Part shown: piece by piece, positions 28,540-37,626 of the stretch
Layout: every line of letters starts with the position of its first letter
Position numbering within the stretch: the stretch's first letter is position 1
Origin: a virus
Taxonomy: Duplodnaviria > Caudoviricetes
DNA: 50,321 nucleotides
Strand: one strand, 5' to 3'
Virus record (IMG/VR): IMGVR_UViG_3300030104_006563
Location: 1 to 50,321 of that record
Program-made: the position numbers and the translations under genes
Notes under the pieces: model-generated
Told to the model about the DNA's origin: nothing
The model's database searches: none
What the model saw: only the letters and a program-made list of their open reading frames with translations

Positions 28540-29348
28540 TAGGGTATATAAAGCTCCATAGGAAGTTTGTTAACAATCCAATCTTTGCATCTAAGGAAAA
28601 GGCTACTAGGAGGGATGCATGGATTAACTTACTGATGAGGGCTAATTGGCAAGACAACAGGATAATGTTTGATGGCAATATGATAGATGTTGAAAGAGGA
28701 TCATTCATATCATCTGAGGTCAAATTAGCTGAAGAATGGCTATGGAGTCGTACCAAGACAAGGAAGTTTTTAAGGGTACTAGAACAGGAAGGAATGTTGA
28801 CTAAAAAAAGAACAGGCAATGGAACAACATTTAGTATAGCTAATTACCGAGAGTATCAGGGTGATTTTGATACAGCTCAAGATACAGCTAAAAAGACAGC
28901 CAAAATGCATCCCAATGGACAGCTTAAAAACACAGATAAAGAAGTTAAGAATATTAAGAATATAAATAATAAAAAGGAAGATGCATCAAATAAAATTGAT
29001 GCGAACCTTAAATCATTTATTATTAATTGGTATGAGTCTAGAGTTAAGGGTCAAAGGGCTATAGACTATCTAAAGAATCCAAAAGCTCTTATAGTTAAGA
29101 GTGCTGATACTATAGAAAAGCTGGTACGAATTGATGGGTATTCTATGGAAGATGTTCTTGGCACTTTGACATGGGCAAAAGATGATGATTTCTGGGGTAA
29201 GAATGTTATCTCAATAGCAAGTGCTAGGAATAAAACTAGAAGTGGCTCTATGAAGTTTGAGTCAGTATTTGCTGAGTTTTATAAATCTAAGGATGAAAGT
29301 CCTGAAGCCTTTAAAGAGAGAATGAGAAGGGAGACTAGCATTGGATAG
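28536..29348 (+). CDS. Replication initiator (replisome organizer, O-like)
   Basis: GYIKLHRK..AWINLLMRANW..ERGSFISS..LAEEW.WSR; central iteron-like repeats. Confidence 0.8.
   Translation: MIGYIKLHRKFVNNPIFASKEKATRRDAWINLLMRANWQDNRIMFDGNMIDVERGSFISSEVKLAEEWLWSRTKTRKFLRVLEQEGMLTKKRTGNGTTFSIANYREYQGDFDTAQDTAKKTAKMHPNGQLKNTDKEVKNIKNINNKKEDASNKIDANLKSFIINWYESRVKGQRAIDYLKNPKALIVKSADTIEKLVRIDGYSMEDVLGTLTWAKDDDFWGKNVISIASARNKTRSGSMKFESVFAEFYKSKDESPEAFKERMRRETSIG
28869..28975. other. Putative replication origin (iterons plus AT-rich tract) inside the initiator gene
   Basis: ACAGC at 28872, 28884, 28896, 28919 and ACAGA at 28932 (~12-bp period), followed by an AT-rich stretch. Confidence 0.6.
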
Positions 29349-29853
29349 AGTAGATATAATACATGAGTTTTTCTTAGACTTTAATAAGAAGCCTTTTGCA
29401 AATGAAGAGCTGGTAAAACATTTTATTTCTAGAACAAGTGATTTTGAGGACAATGTTTTAAAAGTGGCTTGTCAGGAGCTTTCTGGGTCAGATGGTAATA
29501 TGCCAAAGGTACAGCAGTTGGTATCTGTGTGTCGTAAATATTCTCAAAGCATGAGCACTTTTCAAGCTGAAGATTGTGATATATGTGGTGGCTCTGGATT
29601 GGTTAAGATGGTTGAGTATAGAAATCTAGAGGGTGGAAAGTCTTCTGTTTATTCAATGAACTTTAAGCCTGAAAAGGGACAGATGTTTTATTCAACAGTT
29701 AAGGGTAGATGTAAATGTTTAAATGGAGAGCAATATCCAGCATATCCTTTCTTTGAACCTCCAAGTTTTATAATGATAGAAGCTATAAAACAAGGTATTA
29801 CAGGGAACTATCTAGTTGACAACCATTGTAGGGAGTTGAATGAAATATCTTAA
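29341..29853 (+). CDS. Putative helicase loader/replication accessory protein with Zn site
   Basis: Directly follows the initiator; CDICGGSG...CKC. Confidence 0.5.
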   Translation: MDRVDIIHEFFLDFNKKPFANEELVKHFISRTSDFEDNVLKVACQELSGSDGNMPKVQQLVSVCRKYSQSMSTFQAEDCDICGGSGLVKMVEYRNLEGGKSSVYSMNFKPEKGQMFYSTVKGRCKCLNGEQYPAYPFFEPPSFIMIEAIKQGITGNYLVDNHCRELNEIS

Positions 29854-30070
29854 TGGAAGACTCATAGAGTTGAGAAAAGATGATGAGACTGTGAGGAAGG
29901 ATGACTCGGAGCTGGAGGAGGATATTCTGAATCCAGCTTGGGTTATAAAGGAAGATGCTGAATGGGGTAGTGATTGCTGTAGAGATATGATAACTAGGAA
30001 AGAGGGAAAGTACACCTGTTCTTCTTGTGAGGACTTGTGTTTTATTCAAGGATCATTTTTATGGAATTAA
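29840..30070 (+). CDS. Small Cys-containing hypothetical protein
   Basis: SDCC..CSSC; overlaps the previous stop. Confidence 0.5.
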   Translation: MKYLNGRLIELRKDDETVRKDDSELEEDILNPAWVIKEDAEWGSDCCRDMITRKEGKYTCSSCEDLCFIQGSFLWN

Positions 30071-30131
30071 TTGCTGTTTGTGATGATTTATTTTGGGGAT
30101 CAGAATGGACAATTGGAGGCAATTATAAAAG

Positions 30132-30158
30132 GGGAGCTATAGTGCTCCCTATTTTTTT
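30132..30158 (+). terminator. Intrinsic terminator-like hairpin
   Basis: GGGAGC-TATAGT-GCTCCC followed by a T run. Confidence 0.65.
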
Positions 30159-30161
30159 AGT

Positions 30162-30320
30162 ATGAAGGTTTGTACAAGGTGCAAGGAGGAGAAGTCTGAA
30201 GATCAGTTCTACAGACAGAATATACAAAAGCATTCTATGTGCGATCCCTGTAGGAAAGAGTATGGTAGGGAAAGGTATAAGAGATTAAAAAAGGGCACTA
30301 ATACGAAAGGTTGGTATTAG
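30162..30320 (+). CDS. 52-aa Zn-finger protein (not in ORF track)
   Basis: MKVCTRCKEEK...F...SMCDPCRKEY. Confidence 0.7.
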   Translation: MKVCTRCKEEKSEDQFYRQNIQKHSMCDPCRKEYGRERYKRLKKGTNTKGWY

Positions 30321-30323
30321 GGC

Positions 30324-30734
30324 ATGAGATTTAAAGATGGAGGTCTTAAAGTAAAATTAGTTAAACCTTATTATGGACATGGTAATTGGAGGGGTGTCAA
30401 TAATCCTATAAAAGTTGGAAAGGTTCTAGACTTTAGTGCTAATCGAGAAAGAGGGTTAGCACTTATTAAAGATGGTATAGCAATCGAATACAAAAAGAAA
30501 AAAGGAGAAAAAATGGCGAACCTCGAAATGGACAAGATGATAGAAAGATTTGATGATACTTGTAATAAGTATGATGAAGAGATAGAAAGGCTTAACAATC
30601 AGAATGACCAAATGTCACTAGAGCTGGAGAAGAAGAATAATCATATTCTTGCATTGAGAAGAATTGAGAAGGAACTTAGAAGGGATATAAGAGAATTAAG
30701 TATAAAGCTATCGGTATTTGAAAGGGTTAATTGA
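30324..30734 (+). CDS. Hypothetical protein with a likely internal in-frame start at 30513 (coiled coil)
   Basis: Strong AAAGGAG Shine-Dalgarno before ATG 30513. Confidence 0.55.
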   Translation: MRFKDGGLKVKLVKPYYGHGNWRGVNNPIKVGKVLDFSANRERGLALIKDGIAIEYKKKKGEKMANLEMDKMIERFDDTCNKYDEEIERLNNQNDQMSLELEKKNNHILALRRIEKELRRDIRELSIKLSVFERVN

Positions 30735-31079
30735 TTGCCTAGAACTGAATATGATGAGTGTGTTGCTCTGGTGAAGTATATGGATTTATTACAGCAGACA
30801 GGGATACCTATTGTGTATTCCCATATAGCACAATCAACATGGACTCCATCTTTTAAACAAAAGAGTAGAAATAAAGCTATGGGTGTAAGGCAAGGTGTCC
30901 CAGACTATCTTGTTCTTATAAATGGGAAGACATTATTTATTGAGATGAAGAGAGAAAAGGGTGGTGTGGTTTCAAAGTATCAGAAGGATTGGATTGAGAA
31001 GCTAAATGCATCTGGTGTAAAGGCAGTTGTTTGTAGGGGTTTTGATCAAGCAAAGGAAGTAATAGATGCTCTCGCATGA
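30735..31079 (+). CDS. VRR-NUC family nuclease (putative Holliday junction resolvase)
   Basis: MGVRQGVPD..FIEMK..G.VS..QK.W. Confidence 0.9.
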   Translation: MPRTEYDECVALVKYMDLLQQTGIPIVYSHIAQSTWTPSFKQKSRNKAMGVRQGVPDYLVLINGKTLFIEMKREKGGVVSKYQKDWIEKLNASGVKAVVCRGFDQAKEVIDALA

Positions 31080-31123
31080 ACTACACATAATATGGATTAC
31101 AAGTGATGGGAAGAAATTTATAG

Positions 31124-31432
31124 ATGAAAAAGAAGCCAGACAATGGGAAGGAATACTTGGTATGGTTAAGAACTCAGCCTTGCCGAATATGTATGAAAGT
31201 TCCCTCAGAAGCAGATCATCTAAAAGCAATAGGAAGAGGAAACAATCGAAAAAAGAAGACTTGGAAAGATTGGACAGCAGTATCGTTGTGTACAGAGCAC
31301 CACAGAGAAAGGCACGACCATGGCATACTCGGATTAGAAAAAAAATACAGCAGATTCAGGTTAAGCTTATGGAGAGATGCGATGATGCAATTACTAGAAT
31401 ATTTAGAATTGAGGGATAAGGATGACAGGTGA
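31124..31432 (+). CDS. DUF968-like HNH/Zn-binding protein
   Basis: YL.WLRTQPCRIC..ADHL..SLCTEHHRERH..G..EKKY. Confidence 0.75.
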   Translation: MKKKPDNGKEYLVWLRTQPCRICMKVPSEADHLKAIGRGNNRKKKTWKDWTAVSLCTEHHRERHDHGILGLEKKYSRFRLSLWRDAMMQLLEYLELRDKDDR

Positions 31433-31781
31433 AAGTTATAATGAGGTAGATGGTTTTGGTATAACTGAAACTATAAGGACTATAGTTTTTACATTAAGAA
31501 AAGCATTAGATGATCTTCCTGATCTGGGTAAAGATATGTGTGATGCTGAGAATAGATATGAAATAGCAAAAGCTAAAAAGGTTTTTGAGTTTAAGGAAAA
31601 AGGTATATCTGTTACACTTATTAAAGAGGTGTGCAATGGGAGTGAGGGTGTACATGGAGAGCTTTATAGGAAAAATTTAGCTAAGGTTCTTTATGATTCG
31701 CAAAAGGCGAAGATAAAAGGATTAGAGCAAGAGCTCTCTGCAATGCAGACTTTATATAAAACAGAAATTAAGGGATATTAA
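31422..31781 (+). CDS. Hypothetical helical protein
   Basis: GAGGG Shine-Dalgarno; coiled-coil pattern. Confidence 0.6.
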   Translation: MTGESYNEVDGFGITETIRTIVFTLRKALDDLPDLGKDMCDAENRYEIAKAKKVFEFKEKGISVTLIKEVCNGSEGVHGELYRKNLAKVLYDSQKAKIKGLEQELSAMQTLYKTEIKGY

Positions 31782-32095
31782 TGGCTAAAGGTGAAAAGGC
31801 TAATATATTAAAATATTGCGACAAGGGATGTGACTATGTCTGGGAGACTAGCACAAACTTTATGTATCCATATAAATACACCAAACAACAGATGCCTACA
31901 TATGGACTAACTAAAAGTTTATGTCCCCCCTGTCAGTTTAAAAAACATGAACCAGAGATAATTGCAATGTGGAAAGGGTTGATGTGTGCTGACATTGGAG
32001 ATGTAGAGAGATTAAAGGTGTTGAAGGAAAATTATAATTACAGGACAAACCATTTTGTAGCCTTGCTTAAAAAGAAGCTGGGATATGAAATATAA
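31781..32095 (+). CDS. Hypothetical Cys-containing protein
   Basis: CDKGC..VWE..CPPC; TAATG coupling to the previous gene. Confidence 0.6.
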   Translation: MAKGEKANILKYCDKGCDYVWETSTNFMYPYKYTKQQMPTYGLTKSLCPPCQFKKHEPEIIAMWKGLMCADIGDVERLKVLKENYNYRTNHFVALLKKKLGYEI

Positions 32096-32112
32096 TTAAC
32101 AATGGAGGAAGT

Positions 32113-32457
32113 ATGAAGGTAGTAGAAATGAGAACAGGAAGCTGGGGAAAGATAAGAGCATTCTTTCAACTTGAAACAGCAGAGGGCTTTACCATTAAAA
32201 ACTTTAAGCTGGTAGAAGGTATTAATGGACTGTTTGTTGGGTTTCCAAGTGAAAAAGGTAAAGATGATGAATACCATGATACAGTATGGGCTGATAAAGA
32301 CCTTAAGGACAAGGTTATAGGTATTGCTGTAGATGAGTATAAAAAGAAAATGGGAGATGCTTTTACAGATGATGTTCCAGAGATGTCTCTAGATCAGGTT
32401 TCTAATGATCCCCATTTTAATAAAGCTCCATTCCCAGAAGGTGAGAGTGCAGTTTAG
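32113..32457 (+). CDS. SpoVG-family nucleic-acid-binding protein
   Basis: IRAFF..GFTIKNFKLVEGINGLFVGFPS.K..DEYHD; GGAGG Shine-Dalgarno. Confidence 0.85.
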   Translation: MKVVEMRTGSWGKIRAFFQLETAEGFTIKNFKLVEGINGLFVGFPSEKGKDDEYHDTVWADKDLKDKVIGIAVDEYKKKMGDAFTDDVPEMSLDQVSNDPHFNKAPFPEGESAV

Positions 32458-32707
32458 GTTTTCGTTGTTGAAGTCGATATGGAGATGGTTTTCTCGTGGA
32501 TGGGTTTCCATCTCCTATCACTTTAGAATGGATAGGCTTATACCATATCATTGTGATGGATGCCTTCGTAGGATGTGTTGGAAGGGAGATGATATGTATT
32601 CAGACTCTGGAATGGATGGCGAAGGTGTTATAAGTACCTATTGCTGTCTGTATGATGATTGTCAGACTGAGTCTGTGGTTATTTATCAAAGGTATGATGG
32701 GGAGTAG
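32405..32707 (+). CDS. Hypothetical Cys-rich protein (start uncertain)
   Basis: CDGC..W.GD..C..C pattern. Confidence 0.45.
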   Translation: MIPILIKLHSQKVRVQFRFSLLKSIWRWFSRGWVSISYHFRMDRLIPYHCDGCLRRMCWKGDDMYSDSGMDGEGVISTYCCLYDDCQTESVVIYQRYDGE

Positions 32708-32864
32708 TGATTGTATGGTTTGTGGTAAATGTGCAGTTATATCGGAAGATAACAATTTGTATTGTGTAAGGTGTTATAAGGCTCTTAAAAAGATCAATTT
32801 GCCCAAAGGAGGTTTGGGAGTTGGTTTTGCCCATAAAGATTATAAGCATAGGAAAAAGAGATGA
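32652..32864 (+). CDS. Small Zn-finger protein (start probably ~32694)
   Basis: CMVCG..YCVRC. Confidence 0.45.
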   Translation: MMIVRLSLWLFIKGMMGSSDCMVCGKCAVISEDNNLYCVRCYKALKKINLPKGGLGVGFAHKDYKHRKKR

Positions 32865-33181
32865 AAGAGGTTGATATGTCTGGTGCAAGATCGTATAAGG
32901 GTCAGGTAATTGGTGACTCTATGGCGATTACAATAAATTTTAAATGGCTATTACAAATAATAGGGATAACATCTGTTATTGTATATAGTTTCTGGAAGTT
33001 AGAGTCTAGGATTGTAGAACTTGAAAGGAATATGGAAATAGCACTAGATGAAATAGAATTACATGAAGCTGAGAGATTGGCATCACAACAATCCCATGTC
33101 CAAGAAATGGAGGAAAGGATGAAGTGGTATGAAAGCGAGTTAAACCTAAATCCATTTAGTTGGGGGAATAAAAAGAAATAA
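32861..33181 (+). CDS. Single-TM plus coiled-coil protein
   Basis: WLLQIIGITSVIVYSFW followed by a heptad pattern. Confidence 0.6.
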   Translation: MKEVDMSGARSYKGQVIGDSMAITINFKWLLQIIGITSVIVYSFWKLESRIVELERNMEIALDEIELHEAERLASQQSHVQEMEERMKWYESELNLNPFSWGNKKK

Positions 33182-33381
33182 TGAAAGACAAATCGGAGTT
33201 TGAAGAATTGAGTAAGCTTTTAAAAAAAGACTTAGTTGCATATTTAGAAGATATGCTTGTATTGATATCATTGATACATATTGAAATAGATAAGAATGGG
33301 TTTATAGATTTACACATGCTGTCCAAGCTAGAGAAAGAGATGGATTTGGATGTGTCAGAAGTTCCTAAAGCCCAAGCATAA
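33181..33381 (+). CDS. Hypothetical protein
   Basis: TAATG coupling; last gene before the terminator. Confidence 0.5.
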   Translation: MKDKSEFEELSKLLKKDLVAYLEDMLVLISLIHIEIDKNGFIDLHMLSKLEKEMDLDVSEVPKAQA

Positions 33382-33432
33382 ATTATACCCATACTGCCAA
33401 CAGGTTTCCATGAAGAACCTGTAATGGGTCAA

Positions 33433-33472
33433 AGTCCTCTGTATTCTTACCCTGTATGGAGGACTATTTTTT
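33433..33472 (+). terminator. Intrinsic terminator ending the early operon
   Basis: AGTCCTC...GAGGACT followed by a T run. Confidence 0.65.
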
Positions 33473-33485
33473 AGATTTAAAATAT

Positions 33486-33544
33486 TAGTATGCTATGTAT
33501 AACTTTCTATTGCATCTAATAGTATGCTATGTATAACTTATAAT
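33486..33544 (+). promoter_or_regulatory. Sigma70-like promoter overlapped by two identical 20-bp operators
   Basis: TAGTATGCTATGTATAACTT at 33486 and 33520; TTGCAT (33510) and TATAAC (33532). Confidence 0.75.
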
Positions 33545-33552
33545 AATTAATT

Positions 33553-34008
33553 ATGAAAGGAATATGTATGGAAGAAGTTAAAAAGGAAAAAGTAAGTATT
33601 GAGAAGTTTGAAGATAGCTCTGAGTTTATTTCACCTAGATTAATATCTTTTGGCGATAAAGAGACTATTGATCTTTCTAGTGAATCGTTGTGGAATAATG
33701 ATAAAGCTTGGAAAACTGTTCAAATACAACTACCTAATGGACTATCTTTATACCTTAGAACAGATGTTAATGATGATTGCTATGAAAGAGATGAAACATC
33801 TAATACCCATGTATCTGTTTGGGTTGGTGATTCTAAGACAGATAGGGTTGAACATGTTATGCATTTAGATCAAACTGAGGTTAGGGGTGAGGGTGATAGA
33901 GAGAAGTATAGATATAACACAGTTGGGTTTAATATTGTAAATGGTAGAGGGGATGATGTTTATAAAACTATAATATGTGAAAATGAATATGGGGAGGGAG
34001 AAAAGTAA
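33553..34008 (+). CDS. Acidic hypothetical protein (accessory operon gene 1)
   Basis: Downstream of the promoter; start at 33553 or 33568. Confidence 0.7.
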   Translation: MKGICMEEVKKEKVSIEKFEDSSEFISPRLISFGDKETIDLSSESLWNNDKAWKTVQIQLPNGLSLYLRTDVNDDCYERDETSNTHVSVWVGDSKTDRVEHVMHLDQTEVRGEGDREKYRYNTVGFNIVNGRGDDVYKTIICENEYGEGEK

Positions 34009-34808
34009 TGAGTAGTCAAGGGTATTATTACATGGGTCTTGGAGGTGATAATAAGATATACACCTTAAGATTTGTCCATGATGATGGATCGTATCATATT
34101 CAAAATTTGGCAGTAGATTATGATACAGCATTAACAAAAGCAAAAAGAATGTGTGGGGATATTCCATTTGAAGCGATTGACAGGGCAGAACTTAATGATT
34201 TTAAAAGTAGATGCGATAACTATCAATGGGATGGAAAAACCTTATGTTATGGTAGAAGGTATCTAGGTTGGTTGATTTCTGATATTATTAAAACTGATCG
34301 TGGTATAGAGTATCTAGCTGAAGGTTATGGTTTAGGTGACAGACAGGCTGATAAAGATTGCCATGCATATGTTTTAACCATTCCTGAAGTTGATCTATAT
34401 AGGACTATAAAAGAATCAGCTGAGGTTGAAAGGGAAATTGAATTAGCTGATTTACAGCTTAAGGCATCATTATCTCAATGGCTAGACGATCGTGAAGGTA
34501 GTGAGGTTGAGCTGGAAGTTCAAATCATTGATGCTTTTCAGTTTGAAGGTAGCTTTGGATGGACAAAATGTATTAAGGCAGAAACAAAGGATGGTAAGAG
34601 GATCGTATGGTTCTCTGGTGCTAAGTGGTTAAACAAATTCTTTGATTGGGATGGGTTTAATAAAAGTGAAGTGTTTAATGTTAAGATAAAAGGTATTGTA
34701 AAAGATTACCAGATGAAAGAGGAATCAGTAGAATTATCTGATAAGACTTATAATACAATTCGTAATGTAAAATCAACAATATTAAAAAGGGTAAAGGAAA
34801 TAAAATGA
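34008..34808 (+). CDS. Hypothetical protein with probable C-terminal OB-fold-like region
   Basis: GGAG Shine-Dalgarno; G.EVELEV.I..FEG.FG..DG..IVWF..VKIKGIVK pattern. Confidence 0.65.
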   Translation: MSSQGYYYMGLGGDNKIYTLRFVHDDGSYHIQNLAVDYDTALTKAKRMCGDIPFEAIDRAELNDFKSRCDNYQWDGKTLCYGRRYLGWLISDIIKTDRGIEYLAEGYGLGDRQADKDCHAYVLTIPEVDLYRTIKESAEVEREIELADLQLKASLSQWLDDREGSEVELEVQIIDAFQFEGSFGWTKCIKAETKDGKRIVWFSGAKWLNKFFDWDGFNKSEVFNVKIKGIVKDYQMKEESVELSDKTYNTIRNVKSTILKRVKEIK

Positions 34809-35089
34809 AATATAATGTAAATGAACTACCACAAGAATGTTATACTGTTAGACCTATCCATAAAGGTTTATTAAAGGTTAATGAAGAAGTTCCTGTAACA
34901 ATAGTTAGCAAGGCATGTACAGGTTATTATCCAACTAATCTATATGTTAGTTCTGTTGAGCAGTTAAAAGAAATGAACATGGTTTCCTTCGGAATATCAG
35001 ATGACAATGTTCGTCAGATTATGCAAGATTATTCTGTTATGGGTAATTGGGGATTGTTAAATTTCTTAAATAAAAAGGAGGTTGCATAA
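34805..35089 (+). CDS. Hypothetical protein
   Basis: AAGGA Shine-Dalgarno; ATGA overlap. Confidence 0.7.
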   Translation: MKYNVNELPQECYTVRPIHKGLLKVNEEVPVTIVSKACTGYYPTNLYVSSVEQLKEMNMVSFGISDDNVRQIMQDYSVMGNWGLLNFLNKKEVA

Positions 35090-35332
35090 GTGGAATCATA
35101 TTATTGGATTATTACAAAAGACAGAATCTCTAATGGTGAAGAGAAAGGTGTGTGCAATGGAGATGAACTTATAAAGTATAATGGTAAGAGATTCCAGATG
35201 TATGATGATGATGACATTTGTTATTATGAGGGAATGATCTATGGTGACTATGATGGTCTTGAACCTCTTGATGATTTCGGAATGCCTAATGCTGGTTGTA
35301 CATATATTAAAGTTAATGGAGAGGTTATATAA
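35090..35332 (+). CDS. Small acidic hypothetical protein
   Basis: AAGGAGG Shine-Dalgarno with GTG start; FQMYDDDD.CYYEG..PLDDFG.P.AGC. Confidence 0.7.
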   Translation: MESYYWIITKDRISNGEEKGVCNGDELIKYNGKRFQMYDDDDICYYEGMIYGDYDGLEPLDDFGMPNAGCTYIKVNGEVI

Positions 35333-35518
35333 ATGGCTAGAAGACTTGTTGACTTAAGAAAAAGAATGGGAATATCCCAAGATGAAATGGCTAGGTATAT
35401 GGGGTATAGTAATAGAACTCATATTAGTGCTATCGAGTCAGGTCAAAAAAAGATGAGTAATGTAGCTATTAAATGTATGAGCTATCTTGAGAAGTTATAT
35501 GATAATGGCATGATATAA
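35333..35518 (+). CDS. XRE-family HTH regulator
   Basis: LRKRMGISQDEMARYMG..ISAIESG. Confidence 0.9.
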   Translation: MARRLVDLRKRMGISQDEMARYMGYSNRTHISAIESGQKKMSNVAIKCMSYLEKLYDNGMI

Positions 35519-35545
35519 TACTCAGCTATATAATCATTGATAAAG

Positions 35546-35573
35546 AACCTCTGGTATATCTGGAGGTTTTTTT
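35546..35573 (+). terminator. Intrinsic terminator
   Basis: AACCTC...GAGGTT followed by a T run. Confidence 0.7.
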
Positions 35574-35594
35574 ATTTCCATAGAATCTCAGGTC

Positions 35595-35618
35595 TTAAGC
35601 CTAAAAGCCTTTTATATA
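35595..35618 (+). promoter_or_regulatory. Late-gene motif, copy 2 (upstream of terS)
   Basis: TTAAGCCTAAA-AGCCTT-TTATATA. Confidence 0.65.
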
Positions 35619-35633
35619 TAATATAATAGCGAT

Positions 35634-36059
35634 ATGGATAATAGAAAATTAACAACTAAACAACAAAGATTTGTGGATTTCTATGATGGGAATGGGGTTG
35701 ATGCTTGTCGTAAGGCTGGGTACAAAGGTAACGATGATACCCTGAGATCAATAGCTAGTGAAAACCTAACAAAACCTAACATTGTGAAAGCAATACAAAC
35801 CAGAGAACAGCAGAGTAAAGAATCCCTGATATTAGACAGGGAAGCTCTGCAAACATTCTGGTCTTCATCAGTTCTGAGCGAGACATTGGACATGAGTACA
35901 AGACTTAGAGCAAGTGAACTACTTGGTAAGAGTCAAGGTGTATTCATTGACAGACACGAGCATTCAGGTAATATTGAAATAGATAAATATAAAGAGCAAT
36001 TAAAAAGTGAAGTAGATGCCCACATCCTATCAATATACGGATCAGAAGCAGTTAATTAA
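35634..36059 (+). CDS. terS: Terminase small subunit
   Basis: LTTKQQRFV..GNG..A..AGY..ASENLTKPNI..RLRASELLGK. Confidence 0.9.
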   Translation: MDNRKLTTKQQRFVDFYDGNGVDACRKAGYKGNDDTLRSIASENLTKPNIVKAIQTREQQSKESLILDREALQTFWSSSVLSETLDMSTRLRASELLGKSQGVFIDRHEHSGNIEIDKYKEQLKSEVDAHILSIYGSEAVN

Positions 36060-37626
36060 GCTCCCTAGACAGCTCTGGCAGTCTTACAATGATATGCCCA
36101 GAGAAGTTTATACAGAGCTTGAGATTGCATCTAAGCTAATGCCATTGAACTATTTTTGTCCCAATGGTGCTCAGGAAATGTACATCAATACTGTAGCTAA
36201 AAGTATGGAGGAAAGTAAGATACCTGTGGTGCTTTGCACCTTTGCGAATGGTGTTGGTAAAACATGGAGCACATTGCACATTATCCTAAACTTTATATAT
36301 GGACAGCAGAATGGCTGGTTTAAGCATGATGTCTTTAAGCAGTTTCCATTTCCTAAGAAGATTTGGTACTGCTCTACTGCTGATACTATAAGAGATACCA
36401 TAATACCATGCTTGGATGGGTTATTGCTAGATAATACCTATATTGAGGAAAAGGCTGGTAAACATTATACATCAAGAATTGAATTTAAAAATGGATGGGA
36501 GCTATTCTTTAAAACTTATGACCAAGACCCAAAAACATATGAGTCTGCAACTGTGGGGATAGTAGTCGCTGATGAACCGATGCCAGAGCATTTATGGAAG
36601 GCAGTTAAGTCTAGGCGAAGAATGGGGTGTGTTGTCCTCCTCCCAATGACCCCATTATACTGTCCCCCATATGTTATTGATGAAGTACAGGAGTCTGCTG
36701 ATCAGAACAGGGCTGGGTATTACCATATTAAAGGACATTTGCATGAAGCTTGTAAAGATAGAGGTACAAGAGGACATTTAGAGCCAGATATCGTAGATGC
36801 TATGATTGAAGACTATGATCCTGAAGAAAGAAAGGCTAGGGTTGAAGGTGAGCCAATGTACTTTAGTGGAAGAATCTTTACTACCTTAGAACGAGATCGG
36901 CACTTTGTTGACCCAAGTGAATTTCCAATTACACCTGATATGAGGGTTATACAGATCGTTGACCCTCACGAGAATCGATTATCTGCATGTATATGGATGG
37001 CGATTGCAAAGAATGGCAGGAAAATCATCTTCATGGAGTATCCAGAGGATAAATCGTTACCATTCTGGGAGTTTAAGCAAACAACAAGTGTATCTGATGA
37101 AGTGGCTATCTGGAAAAAGATGGAAGAGAGTAGGAATATCTTTAGTCCTGAAAGAATTATTGATAAGAGGTTTGGATTTCAAACAAGAGGTCAAACCAAT
37201 CTAGCAACATTGTATGCACAGGAGGGAATAAAGCAAGGTATTCCAATGGGATTCCAGAAGTCTTATGATGTACCAACATCTGAGGGTGAACTTGCATATG
37301 GACATGAGAAGATACGAGAGTCCTTAAAAGATATGCCTGATGGTAGTCCAGCACTTGTTATATACAACACTTGTTACCATACATGGAATGGGATGTCTCA
37401 TTATATCAGGAAACATGAAGTAACTGCATCTGCTGGTGACAGAGCAAGTGCAGATGGTAAGATTGTAGAAAAGTTTAAAGACTTTGTGGATGTGGTCAGG
37501 TATGGTGTTTGCTGTGAGATAGGTGCAAAGCCAGAGATGGAAAAGAAATCATATGCTCAAATATTAATTGAAAAAAAGCAGAAGGAAAAATTGAAGAAAG
37601 GGAGAAACATAAGATATGCCAGATAA
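36016..37626 (+). CDS. terL: Terminase large subunit
   Basis: Walker A-like ANGVGKT, Walker B VVADE, TP coupling motif, RNase H-like VDPH..D..D; lies between terS and portal. Confidence 0.9.
   Translation: MPTSYQYTDQKQLIKLPRQLWQSYNDMPREVYTELEIASKLMPLNYFCPNGAQEMYINTVAKSMEESKIPVVLCTFANGVGKTWSTLHIILNFIYGQQNGWFKHDVFKQFPFPKKIWYCSTADTIRDTIIPCLDGLLLDNTYIEEKAGKHYTSRIEFKNGWELFFKTYDQDPKTYESATVGIVVADEPMPEHLWKAVKSRRRMGCVVLLPMTPLYCPPYVIDEVQESADQNRAGYYHIKGHLHEACKDRGTRGHLEPDIVDAMIEDYDPEERKARVEGEPMYFSGRIFTTLERDRHFVDPSEFPITPDMRVIQIVDPHENRLSACIWMAIAKNGRKIIFMEYPEDKSLPFWEFKQTTSVSDEVAIWKKMEESRNIFSPERIIDKRFGFQTRGQTNLATLYAQEGIKQGIPMGFQKSYDVPTSEGELAYGHEKIRESLKDMPDGSPALVIYNTCYHTWNGMSHYIRKHEVTASAGDRASADGKIVEKFKDFVDVVRYGVCCEIGAKPEMEKKSYAQILIEKKQKEKLKKGRNIRYAR

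Noticed and set aside
30061-30165. 34-codon ORF across the terminator hairpin
   Set aside because: Very short, runs through a terminator, and has no supporting motif.
33486-33539. CRISPR repeat pair or lox-like recombination site
   Set aside because: Only two 20-bp copies 14 bp apart, overlapping promoter elements; an operator interpretation is simpler.
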